A DNA stretch of 41,998 nt, from contig JBKHVI010000021.1 of the NCBI GenBank assembly GCA_046570105.1, forward strand, positions 1 to 41,998, read 5' to 3'. The DNA is from Bacteriovoracia bacterium. GTDB lineage: Bacteria; Bdellovibrionota; Bacteriovoracia; Bacteriovoracales; Bacteriovoracaceae. The notes under the pieces were generated by a model that was given only the letters and a program-made list of their open reading frames with translations, had not been told where the DNA came from and ran no database searches. The stretch's first letter is position 1, and the number at the start of each line of letters is the position of its first letter. A program made the position numbers and the translations under genes. Below are positions 1 to 8,856 of this stretch, one piece after another.

Positions 1-162
1 TATCAGTGGCGCATTTACGGCAAATGCACACGTCGTTTTCTGGCGTGGTGCCAAGAGCGCGAAGAATTAATTAAAAAAGAAATCATTCCTTTCTCTGATC
101 GCATTGGAATCAAGAAGTTTTTAGATGCTGGCTTTGTTTTAAAAGTAAGAGAGAAGCCATAG
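1..162 (+). CDS. 3' part of a hypothetical protein (partial, runs off window start)
   Basis: Frame 1 is open from base 1 (YQWRIYGKC...VREKP) to TAG at 160-162, which overlaps the GTG start of the next gene. Confidence 0.55.
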   Translation, partial: YQWRIYGKCTRRFLAWCQEREELIKKEIIPFSDRIGIKKFLDAGFVLKVREKP

Positions 163-671
163 TGAAACAGGTGTTTGAGGAAATACTCGACACCGCCAGA
201 GAGCCGCATCACTTGCGAGAAGCAATTAAGAAAGCTGGCAACCGTGCTTATTCCACTTCATTTTGTATCGACCTAAATCAAAAGGCCATTGAGCTTATTC
301 GAGCTAGTCAGTCCCTAGAGTTTATCGACGCAATTCATGAAATCATCGAAGATCATCGCGAAAACACGCTGAGTTTCAGAAAGGGCACCCTAGAGATGGG
401 TCAAGCGGCCAAAGACCTTGAGTATCGCAAGAACAAGCGCAAAGAGGCGCTAGCGCTAACTCGAAGGCATAGTGATCCGATCGATAGTGCCTTAAGCAAG
501 TACCTCCGCGAATTCGAAATCGACGGCGAAGAAAATCTCTTGGCGAAGATTCAAAGAGAGCTTTTTTATCGCGTCATTCAAAGCACGACCAATCGCACCG
601 AAGCCAGCAAGGTTCTAGGTGTAAGCATTAAGACGCTATACGAAAGAATGAAAAGGTATAAGCCGCTTTAG
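162..671 (+). CDS. Protein with C-terminal Fis-type (HTH_8) helix-turn-helix; probable regulator of the upstream element
   Basis: C-terminal NRTEASKVLGVSIKTLYERMKRY matches the Fis/NtrC HTH pattern; lies immediately before an att-like site. Confidence 0.7.
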   Translation: MKQVFEEILDTAREPHHLREAIKKAGNRAYSTSFCIDLNQKAIELIRASQSLEFIDAIHEIIEDHRENTLSFRKGTLEMGQAAKDLEYRKNKRKEALALTRRHSDPIDSALSKYLREFEIDGEENLLAKIQRELFYRVIQSTTNRTEASKVLGVSIKTLYERMKRYKPL

Positions 672-676
672 GTGAA

Positions 677-698
677 ATTCTGTGCGGATTCTGTGCGG
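677..698. repeat. Tandem 11-bp direct repeat ATTCTGTGCGG x2; putative integrase arm-type sites of the upstream element
   Basis: Exact tandem repeat about 50 bp before the tRNA 3' fragment. Confidence 0.55.
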
Positions 699-745
699 AT
701 GGGCAAATAACTCGGCGCACCCTCCAATGAAAGTTAACACGACCC

Positions 746-773
746 GGCGGTTCAAATCCGCCCGTCACCTCCA
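746..773 (+). repeat. 3' fragment of a tRNA (probably tRNA-Cys); att site copy 1
   Basis: GGCGG-TTCAAAT-CCGCC (T arm), CGTCACC (acceptor 3' strand), T73, CCA. No matching 5' half (GGTGACG) upstream, so not a full gene. Confidence 0.85.
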
Positions 774-783
774 AATAATTTCT

Positions 784-821
784 AGGGTTCTGAGTTTGTT
801 TTCACTCTCAGAACCCTTTTT
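784..821 (+). terminator. Rho-independent terminator after att copy 1
   Basis: AGGGTTCTGAG / CTCAGAACCCT stem followed by a T tract. Confidence 0.8.
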
Positions 822-908
822 ATTTTCAATCCACACACTTAGGTTTCAAGACGTTGTCACTCTACAGAGACACACGAGTTGTCTTGAGCTGTCGCAGACT
901 TTCTCCGG

Positions 909-969
909 TTGGCTATTTTTGGCTACACTTTTGGCTACACTGAAAAAGTGGCCCCAAAAGTGTAGCCAA
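909..969. repeat. TTGGCTA x3 direct (909, 919, 931) plus one inverted (963-969); putative integrase arm-type sites
   Basis: Read directly; same arrangement at 15024-15083. Confidence 0.65.
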
Positions 970-1035
970 CCTTCTTTTGAACATCGTTAACCCATCAATT
1001 TTCTTGAGCTTTATGACTTTACACCAGGAGGTAAT

Positions 1036-1392
1036 GTGAAAGTTTCTAGAGTAGAAAGAACAGATCAAGAAGTGATGCGTGAGCTGCGTTTGTTTCGAGA
1101 GTTTTCTTATCGTGATGTTGGAACTCTCATGAGTATCTCGCACTCGCGAGTGCAGCAGTTGGAACAAGATAAGAAACCACTGAGCGAAGAAATGAAATCC
1201 AAGTTCCTCGCCGCAATTAAATTATCACAAGATGATTGGAATCTTCTGAAGGTTAGCTCGGATAACGTAGCTGAGGTGAAGCTTGAATGCATCCAGAGGA
1301 TTTATAAATTAAGCCCACAGGAGCTAATTAAATGCGTTCTTCTGCTTAGGAATTTGAGTCTGTTCATTTTTTTAATTAGCGAGTCGGGCTGA
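1036..1392 (+). CDS. XRE/Cro-C1 family HTH regulator
   Basis: MRELRLFREFSYRDVGTLMSISHSRVQQLEQ HTH_3 pattern; AGGAGG RBS before GTG; homologous to 15156-15521. Confidence 0.8.
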   Translation: MKVSRVERTDQEVMRELRLFREFSYRDVGTLMSISHSRVQQLEQDKKPLSEEMKSKFLAAIKLSQDDWNLLKVSSDNVAEVKLECIQRIYKLSPQELIKCVLLLRNLSLFIFLISESG

Positions 1393-1610
1393 TTTTAACT
1401 GGGCCTATAGGGATGAATTACTTAAGAAGGAAATTAAAATGAAGTATTTAATGCAGGTTCTAATAGTCCTTGTAATCGATGAGATTTGATGAACAAGGAA
1501 TTACGGAAGACTTCGTGTGAACACTACATAAGAGCTCGTATTAAGATAATTTCCTCTCTGGCTCAGTCCTGACTTATAATAAAAAATATTACCGTTTGGA
1601 GGTCTTGGTT

Positions 1611-1955
1611 ATGAACACAATTCCTGAATATATGAGATTTGAAATTTCAAAGTTCAAAGAAGCGAAGAATAGGGGCGATCATCCTTCGTGTTTTCGTCAT
1701 CTCGGAAGAGCGCATGTTCTTTCCCAGTCATCGACGCTTAGTCATCTTTATGTGCACTTCCTAATGATAGGTTATGCAATTGAGCGTAAAGATACGAAAG
1801 AGATTCTAGGTCAAATCCTAAGAATTATTGTAACCGTTCCAGGTCATTTGTTAGGTCGAGTTCCTGTCGGAAATATTGGATGGTCAACAGTAGGATTAGT
1901 ACAGCGTATGCAAATTCCTGATGATCTAAGGAAAGTGATAAATAATGAGAGTTAG
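1611..1955 (+). CDS. DUF3703 family protein
   Basis: HLGRAHVLSQ...HLYVH...EILGQILR...GNIGWS; GGAGG RBS favours ATG 1611 over the track start at 1596. Confidence 0.75.
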   Translation: MNTIPEYMRFEISKFKEAKNRGDHPSCFRHLGRAHVLSQSSTLSHLYVHFLMIGYAIERKDTKEILGQILRIIVTVPGHLLGRVPVGNIGWSTVGLVQRMQIPDDLRKVINNES

Positions 1956-2403
1956 TAGATCCATCAAATTGTCTTGCGATTTTGAGACTGCCGTTAATGT
2001 AGTTAAAAAAAGTTCTCTACTTCATTTCGTAGCATACCCACTGATTGTTTTTGCACCAGTTAGTGGCTCGTTCCCAGAACTATGGACATCTGGAACTCAC
2101 TGGTCCAGACTAAAGCTTTTTGGAATCATACCATTCGGGAAACAGGCCATAGTCATTAGCTATGAAGACGCTCAATCTAAGTTTATTATGATTGATCGGG
2201 GATATAGTGCCCTGATCCGAAAATGGCATCACACTATTACCATAGAGCCTTTATCCAAAGGGGAGTGTAGGTATAAAGATGAAGTTGAAGTCGAAGCAGG
2301 ATTAATAACTCCCGTCATCTGGATATTTGCCCATATTTTTTATAGACATAGACAAAAGCGCTGGATCGATCTATGCGCAAAAAATTTCAGCACAATTTTT
2401 TAA
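1945..2403 (+). CDS. SRPBCC/START-like ligand-binding domain protein
   Basis: WHHTITIEP...YKDEVEVEAG...FYRHRQKRW pattern; overlaps the upstream stop. Confidence 0.6.
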   Translation: MRVSRSIKLSCDFETAVNVVKKSSLLHFVAYPLIVFAPVSGSFPELWTSGTHWSRLKLFGIIPFGKQAIVISYEDAQSKFIMIDRGYSALIRKWHHTITIEPLSKGECRYKDEVEVEAGLITPVIWIFAHIFYRHRQKRWIDLCAKNFSTIF

Positions 2404-3066
2404 GATTTAGATATCGTTTAAAACCAAAATTTATCTTGGATGGAAGATCTCAATGAATCCTGGCATTAAGAAAGCACTAATTTAATTTGCAGTAACGTTG
2501 ATATAAATAGGACAGATATTTTTGAAACGGTTTTAAATGCTATTGCCTTATTAGCAATGTGTCTTTCGCTCGCTTGGAAGACGCACGAAACTACGTTGCA
2601 GATGTAAAAAACAAAGAGATCAAATTCAATAAAGAAGAGTTTTTAATATTGGAACTCTTTTGTGCTGGCTTTAGCGTCAAAGAAGTAATCGCACTTTCTG
2701 GTGGTTCCGCTGCTAGCGCCGGAACAGGAACTGCGATTGGTGCAGCGGCAGTCACAGCTGCTGCACTGGGTGGTTAGCCCTTGGGTGAGAGCTTGATGAT
2801 GCTTTGATTCACAGACAGGGAACAATTTCAAAAGACCTTTTAATCGCTACATCATTAGCCCAATCGTGAATTGGTGGATAGAGGTGTCTTTTGCTCAAGA
2901 GAATATAAGAGGGCAAGCCGAATTGAGGGCGACCAGGTTTCTGGTAACTTACCAACAGAACAAATTTGGTAAACCCCCAAACTGCAAGTGAGGAGAGGCA
3001 ATTAAATAACGTAGTTGCCACTGTTTCGCATCATTGATTGACGGTTAGATGATTTGTAGCAAGGGC

Positions 3067-3095
3067 TTGAAATAATGCTCTAGCTCAAATAGATT
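3067..3095 (+). promoter_or_regulatory. Sigma70-like promoter of the czc operon
   Basis: TTGAAA-17 bp-TAGATT just upstream of ATG 3108. Confidence 0.5.
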
Positions 3096-3107
3096 ATTAG
3101 CACAGTT

Positions 3108-3467
3108 ATGAAATTGACTTTCGTTTTGACTTTTATTGCGATCTCGATGTTTTCAAGCCTCTCTGAGAGCTTCGCTTCCGTTGATGTCTGCGAAGAGATG
3201 AATGTAGAGAGTTCAAACCGAAGCGCAACTGTTTCTGCTATCGGTGGTGGTTCAAATCATCCTTTCACTGAGCATAAGTCTGATTGCCACGATTCAAATT
3301 GTTATGGCTCGGCTCATTTCGGACATGGATTTTATTATTCATCGATCCAAGAATCATTCGATAAATCTTCCATTCATTCTACTAAACTCGTTGATTCTTT
3401 TTATTTTTCATCCCCAATTTCTCTCGTATATCTAGACGGTCTATTCCGCCCTCCTCTGCACGCCTAG
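3108..3467 (+). CDS. Signal-peptide His/Cys-rich protein ending FRPPLHA (DUF2946/CzcI/CruR-like leader)
   Basis: N-terminal signal peptide, HKSDCHDSNCYGSAHFGH, C-terminal RPP; first gene of the czc operon. Confidence 0.65.
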   Translation: MKLTFVLTFIAISMFSSLSESFASVDVCEEMNVESSNRSATVSAIGGGSNHPFTEHKSDCHDSNCYGSAHFGHGFYYSSIQESFDKSSIHSTKLVDSFYFSSPISLVYLDGLFRPPLHA

Positions 3468-3508
3468 CCTTTTTCTTCTAATCTTCTAGTTATTTACATT
3501 GAGGTCAT

Positions 3509-4744
3509 ATGAAACAGCGCGATTATTATCGTGACTTAATACTTTGGGTCACCGTTTTATTTGTTTTTAAGCTTACCGACGTTCAGGCAAGTGCTCCAAT
3601 AAGCATTAATCAGCTCTTAGACCAAGCCGAAATGGCATCTGTTGATGTGCGAAAGGCCCTCACAGAGTTTGAAGTCACTAAAGAAGGGATCACCGAGGCA
3701 AACATGATCCCCAACCCTGAGTTGACTGTCGGTCAGTGGTCAGGAAGAGCAGGCGGTAAAAAATGGGGGCAAACTGATGTTACGTTGCTTCAGCCAATTG
3801 AATTGGCCGGAAAAAGAGGGAAGCGTATTGATAGGGCCAATGCTCAAGTCAAGGGAATGAAGGCGCAGATTGATCAAGTCGTCGCCGAAGTTCGCTTGCA
3901 AACGCTGAGCCTGCTCTACCGATTGAGGCAGGTGAACGATGAGTTAGAGTTTTTAGCAGAAGCTCAGACGACCTTTTCTCGTCTTGTGAGTAATTATCGC
4001 AAGCGTCCTCAATTATCACCAGAACAGTCAACTTCACTTTTTTTATTCGATTTAGCTGTTAAAGACTATGATTTGCAGAAGCAGGAATTTATTAGAGAAG
4101 TTAAATTGATTGGTGCAGAGCTAAAGCAGCGCACAGGGTTTGAGATAGCAGATGTTACCCACTTACTTCCTCCACGCAAAAAAATCTGGCCTAAGAATTT
4201 AAGTGGTAATCAGCTTGAGTCTCCATATTTGAGAGTACTTCGTGCGCAGACTGAAGCATCAGAGATGGAGCTAAAGCTTGCTCGCGCAGATGCCTGGCCA
4301 ACTCTCAACATTGGTCCTAGTTACTCAGCACAAGACCAGTTTGGGGAAAAAGCGAATGTCTGGGGAATTGTACTGAGCTTCCCGCTTCCTGTTTTAAATC
4401 AGAATGACGGTGCTAAAGCCCTAGCTAGTACAGGCTTGGCGGCAAGTAAGAGGCGTTTTGAGATTGAGAAGACGTCACAAGAGAACTATCGACAAGCCCA
4501 TCTTGATTCATATCTTAGCTCAATCGCTGTTCTTGAAGCACAAGCAAGTGATGGAAATATGCACAAGAAGCACGAAGAGATTGAAAGCTTTTTCCTAAGG
4601 GGACTTATCAGTAGTCCTTTAGTTATTGAGGCTCACCGCCAAATGTTCGAAAACAAAAAATTGTACCACGAGCGCGAATTAGAAACCCTAGAGGCGTACT
4701 ATCAAGTTGTGCTTCTTGATGGTGGAAAAGTTGAGGAGCTATAA
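3509..4744 (+). CDS. czcC: TolC-family outer membrane efflux protein (CzcC-like)
   Basis: PNPEL, QPIELAGKRGKR and SFPLPVLNQNDG OEP motifs; upstream of an HME-RND gene. Confidence 0.85.
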   Translation: MKQRDYYRDLILWVTVLFVFKLTDVQASAPISINQLLDQAEMASVDVRKALTEFEVTKEGITEANMIPNPELTVGQWSGRAGGKKWGQTDVTLLQPIELAGKRGKRIDRANAQVKGMKAQIDQVVAEVRLQTLSLLYRLRQVNDELEFLAEAQTTFSRLVSNYRKRPQLSPEQSTSLFLFDLAVKDYDLQKQEFIREVKLIGAELKQRTGFEIADVTHLLPPRKKIWPKNLSGNQLESPYLRVLRAQTEASEMELKLARADAWPTLNIGPSYSAQDQFGEKANVWGIVLSFPLPVLNQNDGAKALASTGLAASKRRFEIEKTSQENYRQAHLDSYLSSIAVLEAQASDGNMHKKHEEIESFFLRGLISSPLVIEAHRQMFENKKLYHERELETLEAYYQVVLLDGGKVEEL

Positions 4745-5302
4745 ATGAAAAAAATAAAGTGGATGACCTGCTTTTTTGTTGGGGTATTCCTGGTCGCTGC
4801 GCCGGCCTTTTCAAAGAATAAAGTAGTGGATAAGAAGCACAAGGATGATCACAAGGATGAGCACAAGGATGAGCACAAGGATGAGCACAAGGATGATCAT
4901 AAGGACGAACATAAGGACGAACATAAGGACGAACATAAAGAAGAACGCGAGTTGCCTGCAGGAATAACTTTCTACAATGATGAATCGGGAGAGTTTTCAT
5001 TATCTCCTGAAGCCACAAGAAATTTTACTCTTCAGTTGGCGCCAGTTGCTCTTGAAGGCGCGCTCGTACGGATTCCAACTAAGGCGATAGTTCGCTCCTT
5101 GAAAGAGACGACTATCTTTTTGAAATCGGGCGAGAAGTACTTTCAAGTAAGTGCAGAGATAGTAAGAGTGGTCTCAGGCACTGCTTTTGTGAAGCTCAAT
5201 AAAAATGTATCGAATGCGCAAGTCGTAATCCAGGGAGTTAACTTTCTCAAGACGGTACAACTCTCATTGGAAGAAGACCCATCTGAAGGCCATGGCCATT
5301 AA
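4745..5302 (+). CDS. Miniature CzcB-like periplasmic protein with His-rich repeat
   Basis: Signal peptide, (HKD/ED/E)x9, C-terminal IPTKAIV...VVIQGVNFLK...GHGH resembling the CzcB C-terminus; sits between czcC and czcA but is only 185 aa. Confidence 0.7.
   Translation: MKKIKWMTCFFVGVFLVAAPAFSKNKVVDKKHKDDHKDEHKDEHKDEHKDDHKDEHKDEHKDEHKEERELPAGITFYNDESGEFSLSPEATRNFTLQLAPVALEGALVRIPTKAIVRSLKETTIFLKSGEKYFQVSAEIVRVVSGTAFVKLNKNVSNAQVVIQGVNFLKTVQLSLEEDPSEGHGH
4838..4945 (+). repeat. 12-bp coding tandem repeat x9 (CAYAARGANGAN; HKDD/HKDE/HKEE)
   Basis: Nine consecutive units read directly. Confidence 0.95.
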
Positions 5303-5313
5303 AGTGAGAAAAC

Positions 5314-8300
5314 ATGATTAATAAAATTATTACTTTCTGTGTTCACCGAAGCGGTGTTGTATTATTTATTACCTTATTGATGATCATGGCAGGCATCTGG
5401 AGTTTTCATAACCTTCCCATTGATGCAGTCCCAGATATCACTAACAACCAAGTTCAAGTAAACACAACGGTTCCCGGTCTTGCGCCTGAAGAAATCGAAC
5501 GACTGATCACATTTCCGGTTGAAAATTCAATGCGTGGGATGGCGGGTGTTAAGCAAATTCGCTCTATCACTCGTTTTGGTCTGTCACAAGTAACAGTCGT
5601 TTTCGAGGATTCGGTTGACATCTATCGTGCTCGTCAAATGGTGGCAGAGCGTCTTAGCTCTGTGCTGAAAGAATTACCCTCGAATGCAGATTCGCGCCTT
5701 GGACCAATTTCTTCAGGGCTTGGCGAAATCTATCAATATGTTTTGGACTATAAATCTCCGGCGAAAGATCCACGCGAAAGAGATGTCCAACTCATGAATC
5801 TTAAGACGCTACAGGATTGGACAATCAAGCCTCGCCTTATGGGAGTTAAAGGAGTTACCGAGGTTAATACCTCCGGTGGTTTTGAGAAGCAATTTCATGT
5901 TCAGCCCGATTTGGCCAAGATGCGATCTCTTTCCATTCGTTTAGAAGAGATTCTGGATGCTTTGACGAAAGCTAACAAAAACGTTGGTGGTGGTTACATT
6001 CAGCAAACCTCTGAACAGTTCTTAGTACAAGGTGTCGGTATCTTTTTGTCTCCTAAGGACATTGAGCAGGTTCCCATTAAGGTGCTTGAAGATTTTCGAG
6101 TTCTTAGAGTGGGAGATGTTGCCAAGGTTAATATTGGAAAGGCATTGCGTACGGGCTCCGCTACTTTCAATGGCCGTGAGGCCGTAGTGGGCACAGTAAT
6201 GATGCTGTTGGGTGAAAATAGCCGAAACGTTTCAATCAGTGTCGATGACAAAATAAAAGAGGTTAGCAAGGGGCTGTCATCAGAGTTTGAGTTAAAAACA
6301 GTTTATAATCGTTCCGAGTTGGTTGGTGCGACCCTTGGTACTGTTGAGCATAACTTGGCGCTAGGCGCGGCACTGGTAATTCTAGTGCTATTTTTCCTCA
6401 TTGGTAATGCTCGAGCAGCGGTGATTACGGCGATTACGATCCCTCTCGCTTTATTGAGTACTTTCTTGATCATGAAGCCGTTAGGTCTCACCGGAAACTT
6501 GATGAGTCTGGGAGCTTTGGACTTCGGCATCATTGTGGACGGAACAGTAATTATTATTGATAACTGCATCCGATTTATTCAAAACCTCACTGTGAAATAT
6601 GGCAGAAAGCTTACACGAGCAGAAATTAAACAGGCGGTGATTGATGCCTGTATTGAGGTTCGGACAGCCGCAGGTTTTGGTGAGTTAATTGTCGTTATCG
6701 TGTTCATCCCTCTATTTGGTCTAGTTGGAGTGGAAGGAAAGATGTTTCGCCCTATGGCCATGACATTTTCTATCGCAGTTTTTGGGGCGTTGGTACTGTC
6801 CTTTACCGTAATTCCTGCTCTGGCGGGAATACTGTTGAGTGGAAATACAAAAGATAAAGAACCACTCTTGATGAAGTGGGCGCATAAGTTCTATCTGCCG
6901 TGTCTTAATTTCGCTCTGAGACAGAAAGCACTCATTATCAGTAGCGCTGTAGTCATGATGATCGGAGCAGGCGTGCTGTTTGGGCGACTAGGCTCAGAGT
7001 TCTTGCCTCAGCTGGCAGAAGGCTCATTTGCCTTTCACATGATTAGACCTGTTAATACGGGTCTCGATCAATCAATCGAGATGCAAAAAAGAGCGGAGCT
7101 TGTTCTCATGGACCTTCCCGAGGTCGAACACATCTTCTCACGTATCGGCATGAGTGAAGTCGCAACTGATCCAATGGGTGTAAACGTTTCTGATACGTAC
7201 ATCATTTTGAAGAATCGTGATCTTTGGCCTGAGCGTAATAAAAACAACAAACATAGTTTTGAGTCTTTGGCACAAGAGATGGTTTCTCGCTTAGAAAGGG
7301 AAATGCCAGGGCAAACCTATTTGGCTTCTCAGCCAATTCAGATGCGTTTCAATGAGTTGCTTGAAGGAACTCGAGCGGATGTATCCGTAAAGATCTTTGG
7401 ACCTGACCTCAAGGTTAATATGGAAGTGGCGAAAAAAATCCAAGCGATTGTCAGCAAAGTGCAAGGTGCCGGCGACGTAGAAGTTGATCTGGCAGGACTT
7501 TCCCCTGTTCTCCGTGTGAATCCTAAACCAGAAGCACTGCTACGCTACGGTGTTGCTAGCTCCGACGTTTTGGAAGCAGTTTCCATCGCTCTCGGTGGTG
7601 AAGAGGCGGGGATGTTCTATGAGCAAGAAAAACGCTTTCCAATCCTTGTACGCTTACCAGAGGAGCAGCGTTCTGATTTGGATCTCATCGGTTCTTTACC
7701 CGTAGGAACTGGTGTCACCCAGACTACGCCTTTGTCTTATCTTGCAGATATTAGTTTTACCGAGACATTTGGCTCAATCACTCGAGAGGATTCAAACAGG
7801 CGATCAGCTGTTTTGATTAACCTACGTGGGCGCGACACAGAAAGTTTCGTGCAAGAAGCCCAAAAAGTTGTCGCTGACCAAGTTGAAATACCTAAAGGGC
7901 ATTTCATTGAGTGGGGAGGCAATTTTAAAAATCTTCAAGAAGCAAAAGATCGACTCATGATTCTTGCGCCTATCGCCCTCGCGATTGTGCTCTTTATGGT
8001 CTACAGCGCTTTCGGAAGTTTCGGTGAGACATTACTAATCTTTTCTTGTGTTCCACTCGCTTTGGTAGGAGGGGTACTTGGCTTGATTGTTCAGGGACTT
8101 CCGTTCAGTATCTCAGCGGGGGTTGGGTTTATTGCGCTCTGTGGGATTGCCGTCTTAAACGGGGTCGTTTTAGTAAATTATTTCAACCAACTAAAAGCCG
8201 AAGGCGTGACGGGAGAAAAGATCGTACTTGATGGATGCCTCATTAGGCTTCGTCCCGTATTGATGACGGCCTTAGTAGCTGTATTTGGATTTTTGCCTAT

Positions 8301-8454
8301 GACAATGTCAGAGGGAGTGGGAGCTGAAGTTCAACGGCCTCTTGCCACAGTCGTCGTAGGAGGAATCATTTTCTCTACGGCCCTAACACTGCTTGTGCTA
8401 CCTGTTTTATTTAATATCTTTGAAAAAAAGCTGCATGGAAAAGTAGCCCATTAG
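5314..8454 (+). CDS. czcA: CusA/CzcA family heavy-metal RND efflux transporter
   Basis: 1046 aa; LPIDAVPDITNNQVQV, NLMSLGALDFGIIVDG, RLRPVLMTA, GAEVQRPLATVVVGG. Confidence 0.95.
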   Translation: MINKIITFCVHRSGVVLFITLLMIMAGIWSFHNLPIDAVPDITNNQVQVNTTVPGLAPEEIERLITFPVENSMRGMAGVKQIRSITRFGLSQVTVVFEDSVDIYRARQMVAERLSSVLKELPSNADSRLGPISSGLGEIYQYVLDYKSPAKDPRERDVQLMNLKTLQDWTIKPRLMGVKGVTEVNTSGGFEKQFHVQPDLAKMRSLSIRLEEILDALTKANKNVGGGYIQQTSEQFLVQGVGIFLSPKDIEQVPIKVLEDFRVLRVGDVAKVNIGKALRTGSATFNGREAVVGTVMMLLGENSRNVSISVDDKIKEVSKGLSSEFELKTVYNRSELVGATLGTVEHNLALGAALVILVLFFLIGNARAAVITAITIPLALLSTFLIMKPLGLTGNLMSLGALDFGIIVDGTVIIIDNCIRFIQNLTVKYGRKLTRAEIKQAVIDACIEVRTAAGFGELIVVIVFIPLFGLVGVEGKMFRPMAMTFSIAVFGALVLSFTVIPALAGILLSGNTKDKEPLLMKWAHKFYLPCLNFALRQKALIISSAVVMMIGAGVLFGRLGSEFLPQLAEGSFAFHMIRPVNTGLDQSIEMQKRAELVLMDLPEVEHIFSRIGMSEVATDPMGVNVSDTYIILKNRDLWPERNKNNKHSFESLAQEMVSRLEREMPGQTYLASQPIQMRFNELLEGTRADVSVKIFGPDLKVNMEVAKKIQAIVSKVQGAGDVEVDLAGLSPVLRVNPKPEALLRYGVASSDVLEAVSIALGGEEAGMFYEQEKRFPILVRLPEEQRSDLDLIGSLPVGTGVTQTTPLSYLADISFTETFGSITREDSNRRSAVLINLRGRDTESFVQEAQKVVADQVEIPKGHFIEWGGNFKNLQEAKDRLMILAPIALAIVLFMVYSAFGSFGETLLIFSCVPLALVGGVLGLIVQGLPFSISAGVGFIALCGIAVLNGVVLVNYFNQLKAEGVTGEKIVLDGCLIRLRPVLMTALVAVFGFLPMTMSEGVGAEVQRPLATVVVGGIIFSTALTLLVLPVLFNIFEKKLHGKVAH

Positions 8455-8458
8455 TCTT

Positions 8459-8490
8459 AAGGGGCGAAGATTTTTTTCTTCGCCCCTTTT
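8459..8490 (+). terminator. Rho-independent terminator after czcA
   Basis: AAGGGGCGAAGA / TCTTCGCCCCTT stem with T tail. Confidence 0.75.
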
Positions 8491-8503
8491 ATGAGGGGAT
8501 TCG

Positions 8504-8854
8504 ATGGATTCAAAAGTTTTAAAGCAAGCGATCCAGAATGAAATTGATTTGTATCTGGAAGCACGTAGAAGAAAAATACAATCACTTTGCGTACACCATC
8601 TTGGCAGGGCACATATACTCGCGCAGAAAAGTGTTGTTATACACTTGATTGTTCACGCTTTAATGCTTGTTCATGCCTGTTCTCGTAGAGATATTAAAGA
8701 AATCAAAGGTCAGCTTGTCCGTTTAATTGCGACTGTTCCTGGCCATGTATTCAATAAATTAACTAGAGGTAATATAGGCTGGTCCAGTGTAAGTATGTTT
8801 GAAAGAATGGATATCCCTTCAGATCTAGAACCTTATTTTTCACAAAAAGTTTAA
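8504..8854 (+). CDS. DUF3703 family protein (second copy)
   Basis: HLGRAHILAQ...VH...EIKGQLVRL...VPGH...GNIGWS; paralog of 1611-1955. Confidence 0.75.
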   Translation: MDSKVLKQAIQNEIDLYLEARRRKIQSLCVHHLGRAHILAQKSVVIHLIVHALMLVHACSRRDIKEIKGQLVRLIATVPGHVFNKLTRGNIGWSSVSMFERMDIPSDLEPYFSQKV

Positions 8855-8856
8855 CG

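Noticed and set aside
700..773. Complete tRNA gene or tmRNA 3' end
   Set aside because: No 5' acceptor strand, D arm or anticodon arm upstream. The T arm + 7 nt + U + CCA register fits a tRNA-Cys fragment better than tmRNA.
682..1167. ORFs 682-990 (+) and 913-1167 (-), and likewise 15028-15282 (-) and the 15024-15155 extension
   Set aside because: They run through att, terminator and TTGGCTA repeats; the shared SQKCSQK peptide just reflects the DNA repeats.
2404..3050. Short ORFs 2559-2777, 2643-2831 and 2809-3021
   Set aside because: They look like a patchwork of gene fragments (e.g. an Ala/Gly-rich tail) with no RBS or assignable family.
4623..5018. Minus-strand ORF with HPCA/RPYV repeats; possible CRISPR-like array
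   Set aside because: Antisense shadow of the 12-bp HKDE coding repeat; there are no spacers.
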